Virus record (IMG/VR): IMGVR_UViG_3300046007_013272 | Strand: one strand, 5' to 3' | Length of the DNA: 64,000 nt | From: an uncultured virus (IMG/VR IMGVR_UViG_3300046007_013272) | Lineage: Duplodnaviria; Heunggongvirae; Uroviricota; Caudoviricetes | Part shown: positions 10,001 to 21,698 of the stretch, piece after piece | How the letters are laid out: every line of letters starts with the position of its first letter | Numbering within the stretch: position 1 is the first letter of the stretch | Notes under the pieces: model-generated | Told to the model about the DNA's origin: nothing | The model's input: the letters and a program-made list of their open reading frames with translations, nothing else | Databases searched by the model: none | Made by a program: the position numbers and the translations under genes

Positions 10001-13000
10001 AGGTACTTCGGGTACAGATGGTTCTAGTGGCACTTCTGGTACTTCGGGTACAGATGGTTCTTCTGGTACCTCTGGTTCATCTGGTCTTTCAGGTATAAAT
10101 GGTACATCAGGTACTTCAGGCACTTCTGGTACAGATGGTTCATCTGGTACAAGTGGTGAATCCGGAACATCTGGCTCATCTGGTACTTCTGGTACAGATG
10201 GTTCTTCAGGCACAAGCGGAACCAGCGGATCTTCAGGTTTATCCGGTATAAACGGCACCTCAGGTACAAGTGGTTCATCAGGAACCTCAGGTGAATCCGG
10301 CACAAGTGGTACTTCAGGTACTGATGGTTCAAGCGGTACTTCAGGTACAGATGGCTCTTCAGGTACTTCAGGTACATCTGGTTCAAGTGGTTCATCAGGA
10401 ACATCTGGATCTTCAGGTTCATCAGGAACTTCAGGGACAGATGGTTCATCTGGCACCTCAGGTACAGATGGTTCTTCGGGTACAAGTGGCACTTCTGGTA
10501 CAAGTGGTACAGATGGTACTTCAGGTACTAGTGGCACATCAGGTAGCTCAGGTCTTTCAGGTATAAATGGCACTTCAGGTACAAGTGGTTCATCAGGTAC
10601 TTCAGGTACAGATGGTTCTTCAGGTACTTCAGGTACTAGTGGTAGTTCAGGTTCATCTGGTACAAGCGGCACAGATGGTTCATCAGGTACATCAGGTAGT
10701 TCAGGCTCATCAGGCACAAGTGGTAGTTCAGGCTCATCAGGTACTAGCGGTTCTTCAGGAACTTCAGGTACAGACGGATCTTCAGGAACTAGTGGCTCAA
10801 GTGGTACATCTGGTTCATCTGGTACAAGTGGTACAGATGGTTCTTCAGGTACAAGCGGAACAAGTGGTTCTTCTGGTTTATCAGGTATAAACGGAACAAG
10901 TGGTACTTCTGGAACTTCAGGTTCAAGTGGTACAGATGGTAGCTCAGGTACTTCAGGCACTAGTGGTAGCTCAGGTAGTTCAGGATCTTCAGGAACATCT
11001 GGTACAGATGGTTCTTCAGGCACTTCAGGTAGTTCTGGTTCATCTGGAACTTCGGGTTCAAGTGGCTCATCAGGAACATCAGGTTCAAGCGGTACCTCAG
11101 GTACAGATGGTTCATCAGGAACTAGTGGTACAAGTGGTAGCTCAGGTTCTTCAGGAACAAGTGGTACTTCAGGTAGCTCAGGAACAAGTGGTTCTTCTGG
11201 CTTAAGTGGTATTAATGGTACTTCAGGTACTTCAGGCACAAGCGGTACAGATGGCTCATCTGGTACTTCAGGCAGCTCAGGATCATCTGGTTCATCTGGT
11301 ACTTCAGGTACAGATGGCTCAAGTGGTACTTCAGGTAGTTCAGGCTCTAGTGGAACTTCAGGTTCTAGTGGTTCATCAGGAACTAGTGGTTCCTCAGGTA
11401 CATCTGGTACAGATGGCTCATCTGGTACTTCAGGATCTTCAGGAACATCAGGTAGCTCAGGCTCATCAGGTACTTCAGGAAGTTCAGGCACTTCAGGTAC
11501 ATCTGGATCTTCAGGTTTAAGTGGTATTAATGGTACTTCAGGTACTTCGGGTACAAGTGGTACAGATGGTTCATCTGGCACTTCAGGTAGCTCAGGTTCT
11601 TCAGGTAGCTCAGGTACTTCAGGTACAGATGGTTCATCAGGAACAAGTGGTTCTTCAGGTTCATCTGGTACATCAGGTTCATCAGGTTCATCAGGAACAA
11701 GCGGTTCATCAGGTACATCAGGTACAGACGGATCTTCAGGTACAAGTGGAACCTCAGGTAGTTCAGGCTCATCAGGTTCAAGTGGAACTAGTGGTTCTTC
11801 AGGTACTTCAGGTACTTCAGGATCATCAGGTCTTTCAGGTATAAACGGAACTTCAGGTACTTCAGGTTCATCTGGTTCATCAGGTACCTCAGGTACGGAT
11901 GGCTCTTCAGGTACTAGTGGAACATCAGGTTCTTCAGGTTCAAGCGGTAGTTCAGGTTCAAGCGGCACTTCAGGATCTTCAGGTTCTTCAGGAACAAGTG
12001 GTACAAGTGGTACTTCAGGTTCTTCAGGTTCAAGTGGTACATCTGGTACAGATGGTTCATCTGGTACAAGTGGTAGCTCGGGCTCATCAGGCAGTTCAGG
12101 TACTTCAGGTACATCTGGCTCTTCAGGAACATCAGGTTCTTCAGGTTTAAGCGGTATAAACGGAACTTCAGGTACTAGCGGTACATCAGGCAGTTCAGGT
12201 AGTTCAGGTTCATCAGGAACAAGTGGTTCATCTGGTACTTCAGGAACTAGTGGTTCAAGTGGCTCTTCAGGTTCAAGCGGAACTTCAGGTTCAAGCGGAA
12301 CATCTGGTTCAAGTGGTAGTTCAGGTTCTAGTGGCTCATCAGGAACTAGTGGTACAGATGGCTCATCTGGTACTTCAGGTTCATCAGGAACATCAGGCAG
12401 CTCAGGTTCATCAGGAACTAGCGGAACTTCAGGTTCTTCAGGAACATCTGGTTCATCAGGCCTTTCAGGTATAAATGGTACTTCAGGTACAAGTGGTACT
12501 TCCGGTTCAAGTGGTTCAAGTGGCTCTTCAGGTACATCAGGTTCAAGCGGTTCATCAGGAACTTCAGGAACTAGCGGCTCATCAGGATCTTCAGGTAGCT
12601 CAGGTTCATCAGGAACTTCTGGCTCAAGCGGTACATCAGGTACTAGTGGAAGTTCTGGTTCATCTGGTTCATCAGGAACATCAGGCACTTCAGGTTCAAG
12701 CGGAACATCAGGCACATCAGGATCATCAGGTTCATCTGGTACCTCAGGTACATCTGGATCATCAGGTTTAAGTGGTATTAATGGTACTTCTGGAACAAGT
12801 GGCTCATCTGGAACTTCAGGTTCAAGTGGCTCATCAGGTACAAGTGGTAGCTCAGGTTCTTCAGGTACTTCAGGTTCTTCAGGAACTTCTGGTTCAAGTG
12901 GCTCAAGTGGCTCTTCAGGTTCATCAGGTACTTCTGGTACTAGTGGTTCATCAGGTACTTCAGGTACAAGTGGTTCTTCTGGTTCATCAGGTTCTTCAGG

Positions 13001-14939
13001 CTCATCAGGAACAAGTGGTTCATCTGGTACTTCAGGTACAAGTGGCTCTTCAGGTTCATCTGGTTCAAGTGGTTCATCAGGAACATCAGGTTCAAGTGGT
13101 ACCTCAGGAACTAGCGGAAGCTCTGGTTCATCAGGTTCAAGCGGTAGTTCAGGTACTTCAGGCAGTTCAGGTACTTCAGGTACTAGTGGCTCTTCAGGCT
13201 CATCAGGTAGCTCAGGTTCATCTGGTACAAGTGGCTCATCAGGTTTAAGTGGTATTAACGGTACATCAGGAACTTCAGGTAGTTCAGGTTCATCTGGTTC
13301 AAGTGGTTCATCCGGTACTTCAGGTACAAGTGGTTCTTCAGGAACATCAGGCTCATCAGGCAGCTCAGGTTCTAGTGGTTCATCAGGAACTAGCGGAAGC
13401 TCAGGTTCGTCTGGTACTTCAGGATCTTCAGGCAGCTCTGGTTCTTCAGGCTCATCAGGAACATCTGGTTCTAGTGGTACTTCAGGAACTTCAGGTACTT
13501 CAGGTAGTTCAGGTTCATCAGGTTCAAGTGGAAGTTCAGGCTCATCAGGTACTTCAGGTTCAAGCGGAACATCAGGTACTAGTGGAAGTTCTGGTTCTTC
13601 AGGTAGTTCAGGCTCTTCAGGAACTAGTGGTTCATCAGGAACTTCAGGCTCTTCAGGTACAAGTGGCAGCTCAGGCTCATCTGGTTCAAGCGGAACATCT
13701 GGTTCTTCAGGTTTATCAGGTATAAACGGAACTAGTGGTACTTCAGGTTCATCAGGTTCATCAGGTAGTTCAGGTTCTTCAGGAACATCTGGCTCAAGTG
13801 GCTCATCTGGTACTTCAGGCTCATCAGGCTCATCAGGTTCATCAGGCACGTCAGGAAGTTCAGGTTCATCAGGTACTAGTGGCTCTTCTGGATCTTCAGG
13901 TAGCTCAGGCTCATCAGGCACAAGTGGTAGTTCAGGCTCTTCTGGTACATCAGGTTCAAGTGGCTCTTCAGGTAGCTCAGGCTCATCAGGAACTAGTGGT
14001 TCTTCAGGCTCCTCTGGTACTTCAGGCAGTTCAGGATCTTCTGGCAGTTCAGGCTCATCAGGTTCATCAGGAACTTCAGGTTCATCAGGAACTTCAGGTT
14101 CATCAGGTACAAGTGGCTCAAGTGGTAGCTCAGGCTCATCTGGTTCAAGCGGCTCTTCTGGAACATCTGGTTCTTCAGGTTTATCAGGTGTAAATGGCAC
14201 TTCAGGAACATCAGGTTCTTCAGGTTCATCAGGTATAGGCATTAGTGGTACATCAGGCTCTTCAGGTACAAGCGGTTCATCAGGTTCATCCGGTTCTAGT
14301 GGTACTAGCGGTTCTAGTGGCTCATCAGGTTCATCAGGTACGTCAGGCGCTGCTACTATAAACAACAATACTAACAACTACGTATTAACCGCAACTGGTA
14401 CCGCTGGTCTAATTAATGGTGAAGCTAACTTAACATTTACTGGCACAACATTAGGAGTTAACGGAGATATTAGTGTTCAAGGTGGCATTGATATGAACAA
14501 TACTGATGTTAGTAATGTTAGAAACATTACTATGGATGGTACTGGTAATATTGATGGTGCCGGAACTTCTAATATTAATAACTTTAATGAAATCAATGGT
14601 AACGTTAAAAACTTTGATATACCACACCCTTCAAAAGAAGGATGGAGACTTCGCTACTCAGTGCTTGAGGGACCAGAAACTGGTGTGTATATTAGAGGTA
14701 AAGTAGAAGGAGATGGAGTAATTACATTACCTGATTACTGGAAAGATTTAGTATACCATGATAGCCTATCAGTACAATTAACACCTATTGGAAAATCATG
14801 TACTCACTACGTATTATCAGCGTCAGTTGAACAAGTCGTGGTAGCATGTGAATGTGGAGAAGTAAACGCTTATTACGTAGTATTTGCAGAAAGAAAAGTA
14901 GATCCGAAATTAATAGTTGAATATCCCGTAAAAGGCTAA
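7011..14939 (+). CDS. Giant Gly-X-Y (Gly/Ser/Thr) repeat fibre protein, 2642 aa
   Basis: More than 2200 aa of G-[ST]-S triplets, three FTGSGV beta modules near the N-terminus, and a C-terminal KNFDIPHP...LEGPE.GVY.RG domain of the kind seen at phage fibre ends. Confidence 0.85.
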   Translation: MASNARFLDQISIGSFQSTGGGSGTDGTSGTSGTSGIGGAVNIYYTSSLVVSNVATLNFTGSGVFVEASGSNGATITITGTGGGSGSSGSSGSSGTSGTSGTSGTSGIGSSGTSGTDGSSGTSGTSGIGSSGTSGTSGTDGTSGTSGVGTSGTSGTSGTDGTSGTSGTGSSGTSGTSGTDGSSGTSGIGSSGTSGTSGTDGSSGTSGVGTSGTSGTSGTDGSSGTSGVGTSGTSGTSGADGTSGTSGINGTSGTSGTSGEGTSGTSGTSGTSGIGSSGSSGTSGTSGETGTSGTSGTSGAGSAITISDENFVLTTNATLINFTGSGVVAETGSNPGEVNVTIGTTIYYTGSLVDTNIGAFYFTGSGVQVESTGSGTAVLVTITGGTSGDSGSSGTSGTSGTSGETGTSGTSGESGTSGTSGTDGSSGTSGTSGIGTSGTSGTSGISGTSGTSGESGTSGTSGESGTSGTSGESGTSGTSGISGTSGTSGESGTSGTSGTDGSSGTSGINGTSGTSGTSGEAGTSGTSGIDGTSGTSGSSGTSGIGTSGTSGTSGLSGVNGTSGTSGSSGESGTSGTSGTSGTGGTSGTSGTGGTSGTSGSSGLSGINGTSGTSGTSGTDGSSGTSGTDGSSGTSGTSGTSGTDGSSGTSGTSGSSGLSGINGTSGTSGTDGTSGTSGTDGSSGTSGTGGTSGTSGTDGTSGTSGSSGLSGINGTSGTSGTDGSSGTSGTDGSSGTSGTSGTSGSSGTSGTDGSSGTSGSSGLSGINGTSGTSGTSGTDGSSGTSGTDGSSGISGTSGTSGTDGSSGTSGTSGSSGLSGINGTSGTSGTDGSSGTSGTDGSSGTSGSSGTSGSSGTSGTDGSSGTSGSSGLSGINGTSGTSGTSGTDGSSGTSGTDGSSGTSGTSGSSGTSGTDGSSGTSGSSGLSGINGTSGTSGTSGTDGSSGTSGESGTSGSSGTSGTDGSSGTSGTSGSSGLSGINGTSGTSGSSGTSGTDGSSGTSGTDGSSGTSGTSGTDGSSGTSGSSGLSGINGTSGTSGTSGTDGSSGTSGESGTSGSSGTSGTDGSSGTSGTSGSSGLSGINGTSGTSGSSGTSGESGTSGTSGTDGSSGTSGTDGSSGTSGTSGSSGSSGTSGSSGSSGTSGTDGSSGTSGTDGSSGTSGTSGTSGTDGTSGTSGTSGSSGLSGINGTSGTSGSSGTSGTDGSSGTSGTSGSSGSSGTSGTDGSSGTSGSSGSSGTSGSSGSSGTSGSSGTSGTDGSSGTSGSSGTSGSSGTSGTDGSSGTSGTSGSSGLSGINGTSGTSGTSGSSGTDGSSGTSGTSGSSGSSGSSGTSGTDGSSGTSGSSGSSGTSGSSGSSGTSGSSGTSGTDGSSGTSGTSGSSGSSGTSGTSGSSGTSGSSGLSGINGTSGTSGTSGTDGSSGTSGSSGSSGSSGTSGTDGSSGTSGSSGSSGTSGSSGSSGTSGSSGTSGTDGSSGTSGSSGTSGSSGSSGTSGSSGTSGTSGSSGLSGINGTSGTSGTSGTDGSSGTSGSSGSSGSSGTSGTDGSSGTSGSSGSSGTSGSSGSSGTSGSSGTSGTDGSSGTSGTSGSSGSSGSSGTSGSSGTSGTSGSSGLSGINGTSGTSGSSGSSGTSGTDGSSGTSGTSGSSGSSGSSGSSGTSGSSGSSGTSGTSGTSGSSGSSGTSGTDGSSGTSGSSGSSGSSGTSGTSGSSGTSGSSGLSGINGTSGTSGTSGSSGSSGSSGTSGSSGTSGTSGSSGSSGSSGTSGSSGTSGSSGSSGSSGSSGTSGTDGSSGTSGSSGTSGSSGSSGTSGTSGSSGTSGSSGLSGINGTSGTSGTSGSSGSSGSSGTSGSSGSSGTSGTSGSSGSSGSSGSSGTSGSSGTSGTSGSSGSSGSSGTSGTSGSSGTSGTSGSSGSSGTSGTSGSSGLSGINGTSGTSGSSGTSGSSGSSGTSGSSGSSGTSGSSGTSGSSGSSGSSGSSGTSGTSGSSGTSGTSGSSGSSGSSGSSGTSGSSGTSGTSGSSGSSGSSGSSGTSGSSGTSGTSGSSGSSGSSGSSGTSGSSGTSGTSGSSGSSGSSGSSGTSGSSGLSGINGTSGTSGSSGSSGSSGSSGTSGTSGSSGTSGSSGSSGSSGSSGTSGSSGSSGTSGSSGSSGSSGSSGTSGSSGTSGTSGTSGSSGSSGSSGSSGSSGTSGSSGTSGTSGSSGSSGSSGSSGTSGSSGTSGSSGTSGSSGSSGSSGTSGSSGLSGINGTSGTSGSSGSSGSSGSSGTSGSSGSSGTSGSSGSSGSSGTSGSSGSSGTSGSSGSSGSSGSSGTSGSSGSSGTSGSSGSSGSSGSSGTSGSSGSSGTSGSSGSSGSSGSSGSSGTSGSSGTSGSSGTSGSSGSSGSSGSSGSSGTSGSSGLSGVNGTSGTSGSSGSSGIGISGTSGSSGTSGSSGSSGSSGTSGSSGSSGSSGTSGAATINNNTNNYVLTATGTAGLINGEANLTFTGTTLGVNGDISVQGGIDMNNTDVSNVRNITMDGTGNIDGAGTSNINNFNEINGNVKNFDIPHPSKEGWRLRYSVLEGPETGVYIRGKVEGDGVITLPDYWKDLVYHDSLSVQLTPIGKSCTHYVLSASVEQVVVACECGEVNAYYVVFAERKVDPKLIVEYPVKG
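8165..14348 (+). repeat. Degenerate 9-nt-period coding repeat (GGT ACT TCA / GGT TCA TCA variants)
   Basis: Continuous Gly-every-third-codon array with shuffled synonymous codons. Confidence 0.95.
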
Positions 14940-14961
14940 TATTTATTAGTATATATAAAAG

Positions 14962-17900
14962 ATGGCAAAAAACGTACAGATAATACCAAAATCAGGTAGC
15001 TTAAATTTCCAAGATACTGCTGTAGGTAAAGAAATTAAATTTGATTTTGCATCAGCGGGTCAATTAACAATCAAAAGTGGTTCTGTTAACATTGCTACTA
15101 TTGATAGTGGCAGTTTAGCCATTGCTAATAATGCTACTTTTGTATTACCTGTTGTAGGATCCTCTCCTTCTTCACCAATCCCAGGACAAGTTTGGTTTAA
15201 TAGTGGTACAAATACTTTAGAAGTAGAAGGTACAGCTGGAACCATAACAGGTGGTGGTCCTCAAGGTCCAATTGGTCCTCAAGGTCCACAAGGCCCACAA
15301 GGTCCTATTGGTCCTATTGGACCACAAGGCCCTATTGGAGCACAAGGTCCCATAGGCCCTATTGGTCCTATTGGTCCTCAGGGCCCTATCGGTCCTATCG
15401 GCCCTACAGGTCCTATTGGTCCTATTGGCCCACAGGGTCCTATCGGCCCTATTGGCCCTATCGGTCCTCAAGGTCCAATTGGTCCTATCGGTCCTACAGG
15501 TCCTCAAGGCCCACAAGGCCCAATTGGCCCCATTGGTCCACAGGGTCCTATTGGTGCTCAAGGCCCAATTGGTCCTATCGGTCCTACAGGTCCTATCGGC
15601 CCACAAGGTCCAATCGGTCCTCAAGGTCCAATTGGTCCACAAGGTCCTATAGGTAACCAAGGCCCTATTGGCCCAATTGGTCCTACGGGTCCTATCGGTC
15701 CTCAAGGTCCTATTGGTCCAATTGGTCCTATCGGTCCGATTGGTCCTATCGGCCCACAAGGTCCTATTGGTCCAATTGGTCCAACTGGTCCAATTGGCCC
15801 TCAAGGTCCCATAGGTCCTATCGGCCCCATCGGTCCTATTGGTCCAATTGGTCCTCAAGGTCCCATAGGTCCAATTGGCCCAACTGGCCCTATAGGTCCA
15901 CAAGGTCCTATTGGAGCTCAAGGCCCAATTGGTCCTATAGGTCCTATCGGTCCTCAAGGTCCAATCGGTCCAATTGGCCCAACTGGTCCTATTGGCCCAC
16001 AAGGTCCTATAGGTGCACAAGGTCCTATTGGACCTAAAGGAGACAACCAAGCTCCGGGCCCTATCGGTCCTATTGGTCCGATTGGCCCCCAAGGCCCTAT
16101 TGGTCCAATTGGTCCAACTGGTCCGATCGGTCCACAAGGTCCCATAGGTCCTATAGGCCCTATTGGCCCTATTGGTCCTCAAGGTCCTCAAGGTCCTATA
16201 GGTCCTATCGGTCCTACAGGTCCAATTGGTCCTCAAGGTCCTATTGGAGCTCAAGGCCCTATTGGTCCCATTGGTCCTATTGGCCCACAGGGTCCTATTG
16301 GCCCAATTGGTCCTACTGGCCCGATTGGTCCACAAGGTCCTATTGGAGTACAAGGTCCTATTGGACCTAAAGGAGATAACCAAGCACCTGGTCCTCAAGG
16401 TCCTATTGGACCTATCGGCCCTCAAGGTCCAATTGGTCCTATCGGACCAACTGGTCCAATCGGCCCACAAGGTCCTATCGGTCCTATCGGTCCTATTGGC
16501 CCACAGGGTCCTCAAGGAAACCAAGGCCCTATCGGTCCTATTGGTCCTACAGGTCCTATAGGTCCACAAGGTCCTATTGGAGCTCAAGGCCCAATTGGTC
16601 CTATTGGTCCAATCGGCCCACAAGGTCCTATCGGTCCTATCGGTCCTACAGGTCCTATTGGCCCCCAAGGTCCAATTGGTAATATTGGTCCTATAGGTCC
16701 TATTGGTCCTATCGGACCCCAAGGCCCTATTGGCCCTATCGGTCCTACAGGTCCTATTGGTCCTCAAGGTCCAATTGGTAATATTGGTCCTATTGGCCCT
16801 ATTGGCCCAATTGGTCCTCAAGGCCCTATCGGTCCTATTGGTCCTACGGGTCCAATTGGTCCTCAAGGTCCTATTGGAGTACAAGGTCCTATTGGTCCTA
16901 AAGGAGACAACCAAGCACCTGGCCCCATTGGTCCTATCGGTCCTATTGGTCCTCAAGGTCCTATCGGCCCCATTGGTCCTACTGGACCTATTGGCCCTCA
17001 AGGTCCTATTGGTCCTATTGGTCCAATTGGTCCACAAGGTCCACAAGGTAACCAAGGTCCTATTGGTCCTATAGGACCTACTGGCCCCATTGGTCCTATT
17101 GGTCCTATTGGTCCTCAAGGTCCAATTGGTAATATTGGCCCCATTGGTCCACAAGGTCCTATTGGCCCTATTGGTCCTACAGGCCCTATTGGTCCTCAAG
17201 GTCCTATTGGTCCAATCGGTCCAATTGGTAACATTGGTCCAATTGGTCCTCAAGGTCCAATCGGTCCAATTGGCCCAACTGGTCCTATTGGCCCTCAAGG
17301 TCCTATTGGTAATATTGGTCCCATAGGTCCTATTGGTCCTATTGGTCCACAGGGTCCTATTGGTCCAATCGGTCCAACTGGTCCTATTGGCCCTCAAGGC
17401 CCTATTGGCGCTCAAGGCCCAATTGGACCTAAAGGAGATAATCAAGCTCCAGGCCCCCAAGGCCCTATTGGTCCTATCGGCCCACAGGGTCCTATCGGTC
17501 CTATTGGTCCTACAGGTCCTATTGGTGTGCAAGGTCCAATTGGTAATATCGGTCCTATAGGTCCTCAAGGTCCCCAAGGTAATATTGGCCCTATTGGCCC
17601 AATTGGTCCTACAGGCCCTATTGGTCCTCAAGGTCCAATTGGTAATATTGGTCCTATTGGCCCTATCGGACCTATTGGTGCACAAGGTCCTATTGGTCCT
17701 ATTGGCCCTACAGGTCCTATTGGCCCCCAAGGTCCAATTGGTAATATTGGCCCCATTGGACCACAAGGCCCTCAAGGTAATATTGGTCCTATTGGCCCTA
17801 TCGGTCCTACAGGCCCTATTGGTCCTCAAGGTCCTATTGGTCCTATTGGCCCAACTGGTCCTATTGGAAATATAGGCCCACAAGGTATTCAGGGTCCTAT

Positions 17901-18162
17901 TGGTCCTGTTGGTGCATCTGGTGCTCAAGGTCCTATTGGTAACATTGGACCCATTGGCCCACAAGGTCCTATTGGCCCTTCAGGTGCTACAGGCGCTATT
18001 GGTCCTATTGGTCCTATTGGTCCTCAAGGCCCCATTGGTCCTCAGGGCCCAGCAGGTAATAATGCACCAACTGGAGTTACTACAACTTTTGCTCTTAATA
18101 CTAGTGGAGGTAACCCTTCATTTAATTATGTAGCCGGAGTATTAACAGCTTATAACCCTTAA
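14962..18162 (+). CDS. Collagen-like fibre protein 1 (GPI/GPQ/GPT), 1066 aa
   Basis: About 310 Gly-X-Y triplets, broken only by four GPKGDNQAP inserts; N-terminus [14 protein letters not shown]. Confidence 0.9.
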   Translation: MAKNVQIIPKSGSLNFQDTAVGKEIKFDFASAGQLTIKSGSVNIATIDSGSLAIANNATFVLPVVGSSPSSPIPGQVWFNSGTNTLEVEGTAGTITGGGPQGPIGPQGPQGPQGPIGPIGPQGPIGAQGPIGPIGPIGPQGPIGPIGPTGPIGPIGPQGPIGPIGPIGPQGPIGPIGPTGPQGPQGPIGPIGPQGPIGAQGPIGPIGPTGPIGPQGPIGPQGPIGPQGPIGNQGPIGPIGPTGPIGPQGPIGPIGPIGPIGPIGPQGPIGPIGPTGPIGPQGPIGPIGPIGPIGPIGPQGPIGPIGPTGPIGPQGPIGAQGPIGPIGPIGPQGPIGPIGPTGPIGPQGPIGAQGPIGPKGDNQAPGPIGPIGPIGPQGPIGPIGPTGPIGPQGPIGPIGPIGPIGPQGPQGPIGPIGPTGPIGPQGPIGAQGPIGPIGPIGPQGPIGPIGPTGPIGPQGPIGVQGPIGPKGDNQAPGPQGPIGPIGPQGPIGPIGPTGPIGPQGPIGPIGPIGPQGPQGNQGPIGPIGPTGPIGPQGPIGAQGPIGPIGPIGPQGPIGPIGPTGPIGPQGPIGNIGPIGPIGPIGPQGPIGPIGPTGPIGPQGPIGNIGPIGPIGPIGPQGPIGPIGPTGPIGPQGPIGVQGPIGPKGDNQAPGPIGPIGPIGPQGPIGPIGPTGPIGPQGPIGPIGPIGPQGPQGNQGPIGPIGPTGPIGPIGPIGPQGPIGNIGPIGPQGPIGPIGPTGPIGPQGPIGPIGPIGNIGPIGPQGPIGPIGPTGPIGPQGPIGNIGPIGPIGPIGPQGPIGPIGPTGPIGPQGPIGAQGPIGPKGDNQAPGPQGPIGPIGPQGPIGPIGPTGPIGVQGPIGNIGPIGPQGPQGNIGPIGPIGPTGPIGPQGPIGNIGPIGPIGPIGAQGPIGPIGPTGPIGPQGPIGNIGPIGPQGPQGNIGPIGPIGPTGPIGPQGPIGPIGPTGPIGNIGPQGIQGPIGPVGASGAQGPIGNIGPIGPQGPIGPSGATGAIGPIGPIGPQGPIGPQGPAGNNAPTGVTTTFALNTSGGNPSFNYVAGVLTAYNP

Positions 18163-18168
18163 TAATCT

Positions 18169-21100
18169 ATGGCTAAAAATGTTAAAATAATACCTAAATC
18201 AGGTAGCCTTGAATTTATTGAAAGTTCAAATGGTAAAGCTATAGATTTTACTTTTAATAATGTTACAGGAGATTTAGCAGTCCAAAGTGGTAGTGTTGAT
18301 ATATTTACTATTAAACCAACAGGTATTGAAATTAATAGTAATGCTGGATTTGTAGTACCTAATACAGTTCTTGTTTCTAATAGAACGGGTGCTTTACGAT
18401 TTGATGCACCTGCTGAAGCTTTAATTGTTACTAGTAAAACAGGAACACCAATTGATTTACAAGGACCACAAGGTCCTAGGGGTACACAAGGTCCTAGAGG
18501 CAATCAAGGACCGCAAGGTCCACGTGGTATTCAAGGTCCACAAGGTACTCAAGGACCACAAGGCTTACAAGGACCAAGAGGTATAATTGGTCCTATTGGA
18601 CCAGGACCACAAGGTCCACAAGGTCCACAAGGTATACAAGGTCCTATTGGCGCTCGTGGACCACAAGGAATTATAGGTCCTATTGGACCAGGACCACAAG
18701 GTCCACAAGGTCCAAGAGGTTTAATAGGACCTCAAGGTATTCAAGGTCCTACAGGTATTATAGGCCCTATTGGACCAGGACCACAAGGCCCACAAGGTAT
18801 TCAAGGTCCTCGTGGTTTAATAGGTCCATGGGGTCCTATTGGACCTATTGGAATTCAAGGCCCCATTGGACCTGGACCACAAGGCCCACAAGGCATACAA
18901 GGCCCACAAGGTACTCAGGGACCTATTGGTCCTAGAGGTCCACAAGGTATTATTGGTCCTATAGGCCCTGGACCTCAAGGTCCACAAGGTATTCAAGGTC
19001 CTATTGGCAATATAGGCCCAATTGGTCCTAGAGGACCTTTAGGCATTCAGGGTCCAATCGGTCCTGGACCTCAAGGCCCACAGGGCATTCAGGGTCCACA
19101 AGGTATTCAAGGGCCTATTGGTCCTAGAGGACCTCAAGGTATTATCGGTCCTATTGGTCCAGGTCCACAAGGCCCGCAAGGTACCCAAGGACCTACAGGC
19201 ATACAAGGTCCTAAAGGTATCCCAGGTGATACTGGTGATCTTCAAGGCCCTATTGGCCCTCGTGGTCCTCAAGGTATTATAGGTCCTATTGGTCCGGGTC
19301 CACAAGGCCCGCGAGGTATTCAAGGTCCTATTGGTAACATTGGTCCTATTGGTCCTAGAGGTCCTTTAGGTATCCAAGGCCCAATTGGTCCAGGCCCACA
19401 AGGGCCTCAGGGTATTCAAGGCCCGCAAGGTACACAAGGTCCTATTGGTCCTCGGGGACCTCAGGGTATTATTGGTCCTATAGGTCCCGGACCTCAAGGT
19501 CCACAAGGCATTCAAGGCCCCACAGGTATTATAGGTCCTAAAGGTATTGCTGGAGATGTAACTGATGCTATAGGTCCTCGTGGTCCTATTGGTCCTCAAG
19601 GTATTATTGGTCCTATAGGCCCGGGCCCACAAGGTCCTCAAGGTACTATAGGCCCTATTGGCCCACGAGGTCCTTGGGGTCCTATTGGACCTATTGGAAT
19701 TCAAGGTCCAATTGGCCCAGGTCCACAAGGACCTCAGGGTATTCAAGGCCCTCAAGGAATACAAGGTCCTCGGGGTAATATTGGTCCTCAAGGTATTATC
19801 GGCCCTATTGGCCCAGGCCCACAAGGTCCACAGGGCATTCAAGGTCCTATTGGTAACATTGGTCCTATTGGCCCTAGAGGACCTCAGGGTATTATAGGTC
19901 CTATAGGTCCTGGCCCACAAGGTCCACAGGGCATTCAAGGCCCTATTGGTAACATTGGTCCTATTGGCCCTAGAGGACCTCAGGGTATTATAGGTCCTAT
20001 AGGTCCTGGCCCACAAGGTCCACAGGGCATTCAAGGCCCTATTGGTAACATTGGTCCTATTGGCCCTAGAGGACCTCAGGGTATTATAGGTCCTATAGGT
20101 CCTGGCCCACAAGGTCCACAAGGCATTCAAGGCCCCACAGGTATTATAGGTCCTAAAGGTATTCCGGGTGATATAAATGATATTCAAGGTCCTATTGGTC
20201 CTCGTGGTCCTCAAGGTATAATAGGCCCTATAGGTCCTGGTCCTCAAGGCCCTCAGGGTATTATAGGCCCTATTGGTCCGCGAGGTCCTTGGGGTCCTAT
20301 TGGACCTACTGGCATTATTGGTCCTATTGGACCAGGCCCACAAGGACCTATTGGACCTCGTGGTCCTCAAGGTATTCAGGGTCCAATTGGAAATATAGGT
20401 CCACAAGGTACTATTGGTAATATTGGACCTGGTCCTATTGGTCCACGGGGTATAATAGGCCCAATTGGCCCTATTGGTAACATTGGTCCTCGTGGTCCTC
20501 AAGGTATTATCGGCCCTATAGGTCCTGGACCTCAAGGTCCACAAGGTATTCAAGGCCCTATTGGTAACATTGGTCCTATTGGTCCTAGAGGACCCCAAGG
20601 TATTATAGGTCCTATTGGACCTGGTCCTCAAGGCCCACAAGGTATTCAAGGCCCTACAGGCATTCAAGGTCCTAAAGGCATTGCAGGAGATGTAACTGAT
20701 ATTGTAGGCCCTAGAGGTCCTATTGGTCCTCAAGGTATTATTGGTCCTATAGGCCCGGGCCCACAAGGTCCACAAGGCATACAAGGTCCTATTGGTCCTC
20801 GTGGTCCATGGGGTCCAATTGGTCCTATTGGTAATATTGGTCCAATTGGTCCTGGCCCACAAGGTCCACAGGGCATTCAAGGCCCTATTGGTAACATTGG
20901 TCCTAGAGGTCCTATTGGACCTACTGGCATTATTGGTCCTATAGGCCCGGGCCCACAAGGTCCACAAGGCATACAAGGTCCTATTGGTCCTCGTGGTCCA
21001 TGGGGTCCAATTGGTCCTATTGGTAATATTGGCCCAATTGGCGTTGCACCCCAAGGTCCTAGAGGTATAATTGGTCCTATTGGTCCGGGCCCACAAGGTC

Positions 21101-21627
21101 CTATAGGACCTATAGGAGTACAAGGCCCTCGGGGCAATAGAGGCCCAGCTAGTACTATTCAAGGCCCTCAAGGTCCTATTGGTAATATTGGTCCTCGTGG
21201 TCCTATTGGTGCTGTTGGTTCTAGTCCTCAAGGTCCTAGAGGTCCTATCGGCCCTCGTGGTCCTATTGGTTCTAGAGGTCTTATTGGGGCTGAAGGTACT
21301 GGACCTATAGGTTTAACTGTAAATTTTAAATTATTTACAGTAAATTTTTCACAAACATTAGATTTTGCCGATGGTTATCTTCAATACAGAAAAACATCAG
21401 ATATTAGATTAAAAGAAAATATTGTAAAAATAGGTGTATCTAAATTAGGTATTAATATTTACGAGTATAATTACATTAATGATCCTAATACTAGATATAT
21501 TGGTGTAATGGCTCAAGAATTATTAGGAACACAATTTGAAGACGCTGTGGTAATAGCTGAAAATGGTTATTATGCTGTAGACTATAGCAAAATTGATGTT
21601 AAATTTGAAAAACTAGAATTAGTTTAA
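18169..21627 (+). CDS. Collagen-like fibre protein 2 with C-terminal peptidase S74-like intramolecular chaperone, 1152 aa
   Basis: [12 protein letters not shown] triplets with periodic G-P-G interruptions. N-terminus is paralogous to collagen 1. SDIRLKENI...GVMAQE...VDYSKI tail. Confidence 0.9.
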   Translation: MAKNVKIIPKSGSLEFIESSNGKAIDFTFNNVTGDLAVQSGSVDIFTIKPTGIEINSNAGFVVPNTVLVSNRTGALRFDAPAEALIVTSKTGTPIDLQGPQGPRGTQGPRGNQGPQGPRGIQGPQGTQGPQGLQGPRGIIGPIGPGPQGPQGPQGIQGPIGARGPQGIIGPIGPGPQGPQGPRGLIGPQGIQGPTGIIGPIGPGPQGPQGIQGPRGLIGPWGPIGPIGIQGPIGPGPQGPQGIQGPQGTQGPIGPRGPQGIIGPIGPGPQGPQGIQGPIGNIGPIGPRGPLGIQGPIGPGPQGPQGIQGPQGIQGPIGPRGPQGIIGPIGPGPQGPQGTQGPTGIQGPKGIPGDTGDLQGPIGPRGPQGIIGPIGPGPQGPRGIQGPIGNIGPIGPRGPLGIQGPIGPGPQGPQGIQGPQGTQGPIGPRGPQGIIGPIGPGPQGPQGIQGPTGIIGPKGIAGDVTDAIGPRGPIGPQGIIGPIGPGPQGPQGTIGPIGPRGPWGPIGPIGIQGPIGPGPQGPQGIQGPQGIQGPRGNIGPQGIIGPIGPGPQGPQGIQGPIGNIGPIGPRGPQGIIGPIGPGPQGPQGIQGPIGNIGPIGPRGPQGIIGPIGPGPQGPQGIQGPIGNIGPIGPRGPQGIIGPIGPGPQGPQGIQGPTGIIGPKGIPGDINDIQGPIGPRGPQGIIGPIGPGPQGPQGIIGPIGPRGPWGPIGPTGIIGPIGPGPQGPIGPRGPQGIQGPIGNIGPQGTIGNIGPGPIGPRGIIGPIGPIGNIGPRGPQGIIGPIGPGPQGPQGIQGPIGNIGPIGPRGPQGIIGPIGPGPQGPQGIQGPTGIQGPKGIAGDVTDIVGPRGPIGPQGIIGPIGPGPQGPQGIQGPIGPRGPWGPIGPIGNIGPIGPGPQGPQGIQGPIGNIGPRGPIGPTGIIGPIGPGPQGPQGIQGPIGPRGPWGPIGPIGNIGPIGVAPQGPRGIIGPIGPGPQGPIGPIGVQGPRGNRGPASTIQGPQGPIGNIGPRGPIGAVGSSPQGPRGPIGPRGPIGSRGLIGAEGTGPIGLTVNFKLFTVNFSQTLDFADGYLQYRKTSDIRLKENIVKIGVSKLGINIYEYNYINDPNTRYIGVMAQELLGTQFEDAVVIAENGYYAVDYSKIDVKFEKLELV
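19816..20103 (+). repeat. Three near-identical 96-nt tandem copies inside collagen 2
   Basis: Units start at 19816, 19912 and 20008; I could see only one synonymous mismatch. Confidence 0.85.
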
Positions 21628-21647
21628 AAATTTATAAGTATTTTTAA

Positions 21648-21675
21648 TAAGGGGGACTTTGAATGTCCCCCTTTT
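21648..21675 (+). terminator. Intrinsic terminator after the fibre genes, overlapping promoter-like elements of the next operon
   Basis: AAGGGGGAC-TTTGAAT-GTCCCCCTT then TT; TATTTATA follows at 21677. Confidence 0.75.
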
Positions 21676-21698
21676 ATATTTATATTATATATAGGTTT

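Noticed and set aside
8368..14193. Series of alternate-frame VLQVHQ-type and [12 protein letters not shown] ORFs
   Set aside because: Frame-shifted readings of the same repeat, with starts and stops set by the periodic GLSGING markers
8679..14195. N-G-T in the markers as N-glycosylation sequons
   Set aside because: No N-glycosyltransferase is recognisable, and NGT arises automatically when Asn precedes the ubiquitous G-T
8165..14348. Ice-nucleation protein (InaZ-type) call
   Set aside because: It lacks the AGYGSTxT 16-residue repeat and the period is 3. Ice binding cannot be excluded but has no specific support.
7142..14377. Very long minus-strand ORFs (2095 aa and 229 aa, PEVP/PDEP repeats)
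   Set aside because: These are antisense shadows of the Gly/Ser/Thr codon repeat, which happens to lack stops in that frame. They end where the repeat ends, and every credible gene here is on the + strand.
15217..21231. Minus-strand RTNRT ORFs (915 and 621 aa) and short minus-strand GPIGP ORFs
   Set aside because: Shadows of the collagen codons; the GGTCCTATTGGTCC-type sequence is quasi-palindromic, so the antisense strand also reads as collagen-like
7011..21627. CRISPR array or non-coding satellite interpretation of the repeats
   Set aside because: No constant repeat with unique spacers. Variation is concentrated at synonymous positions within single long ORFs.
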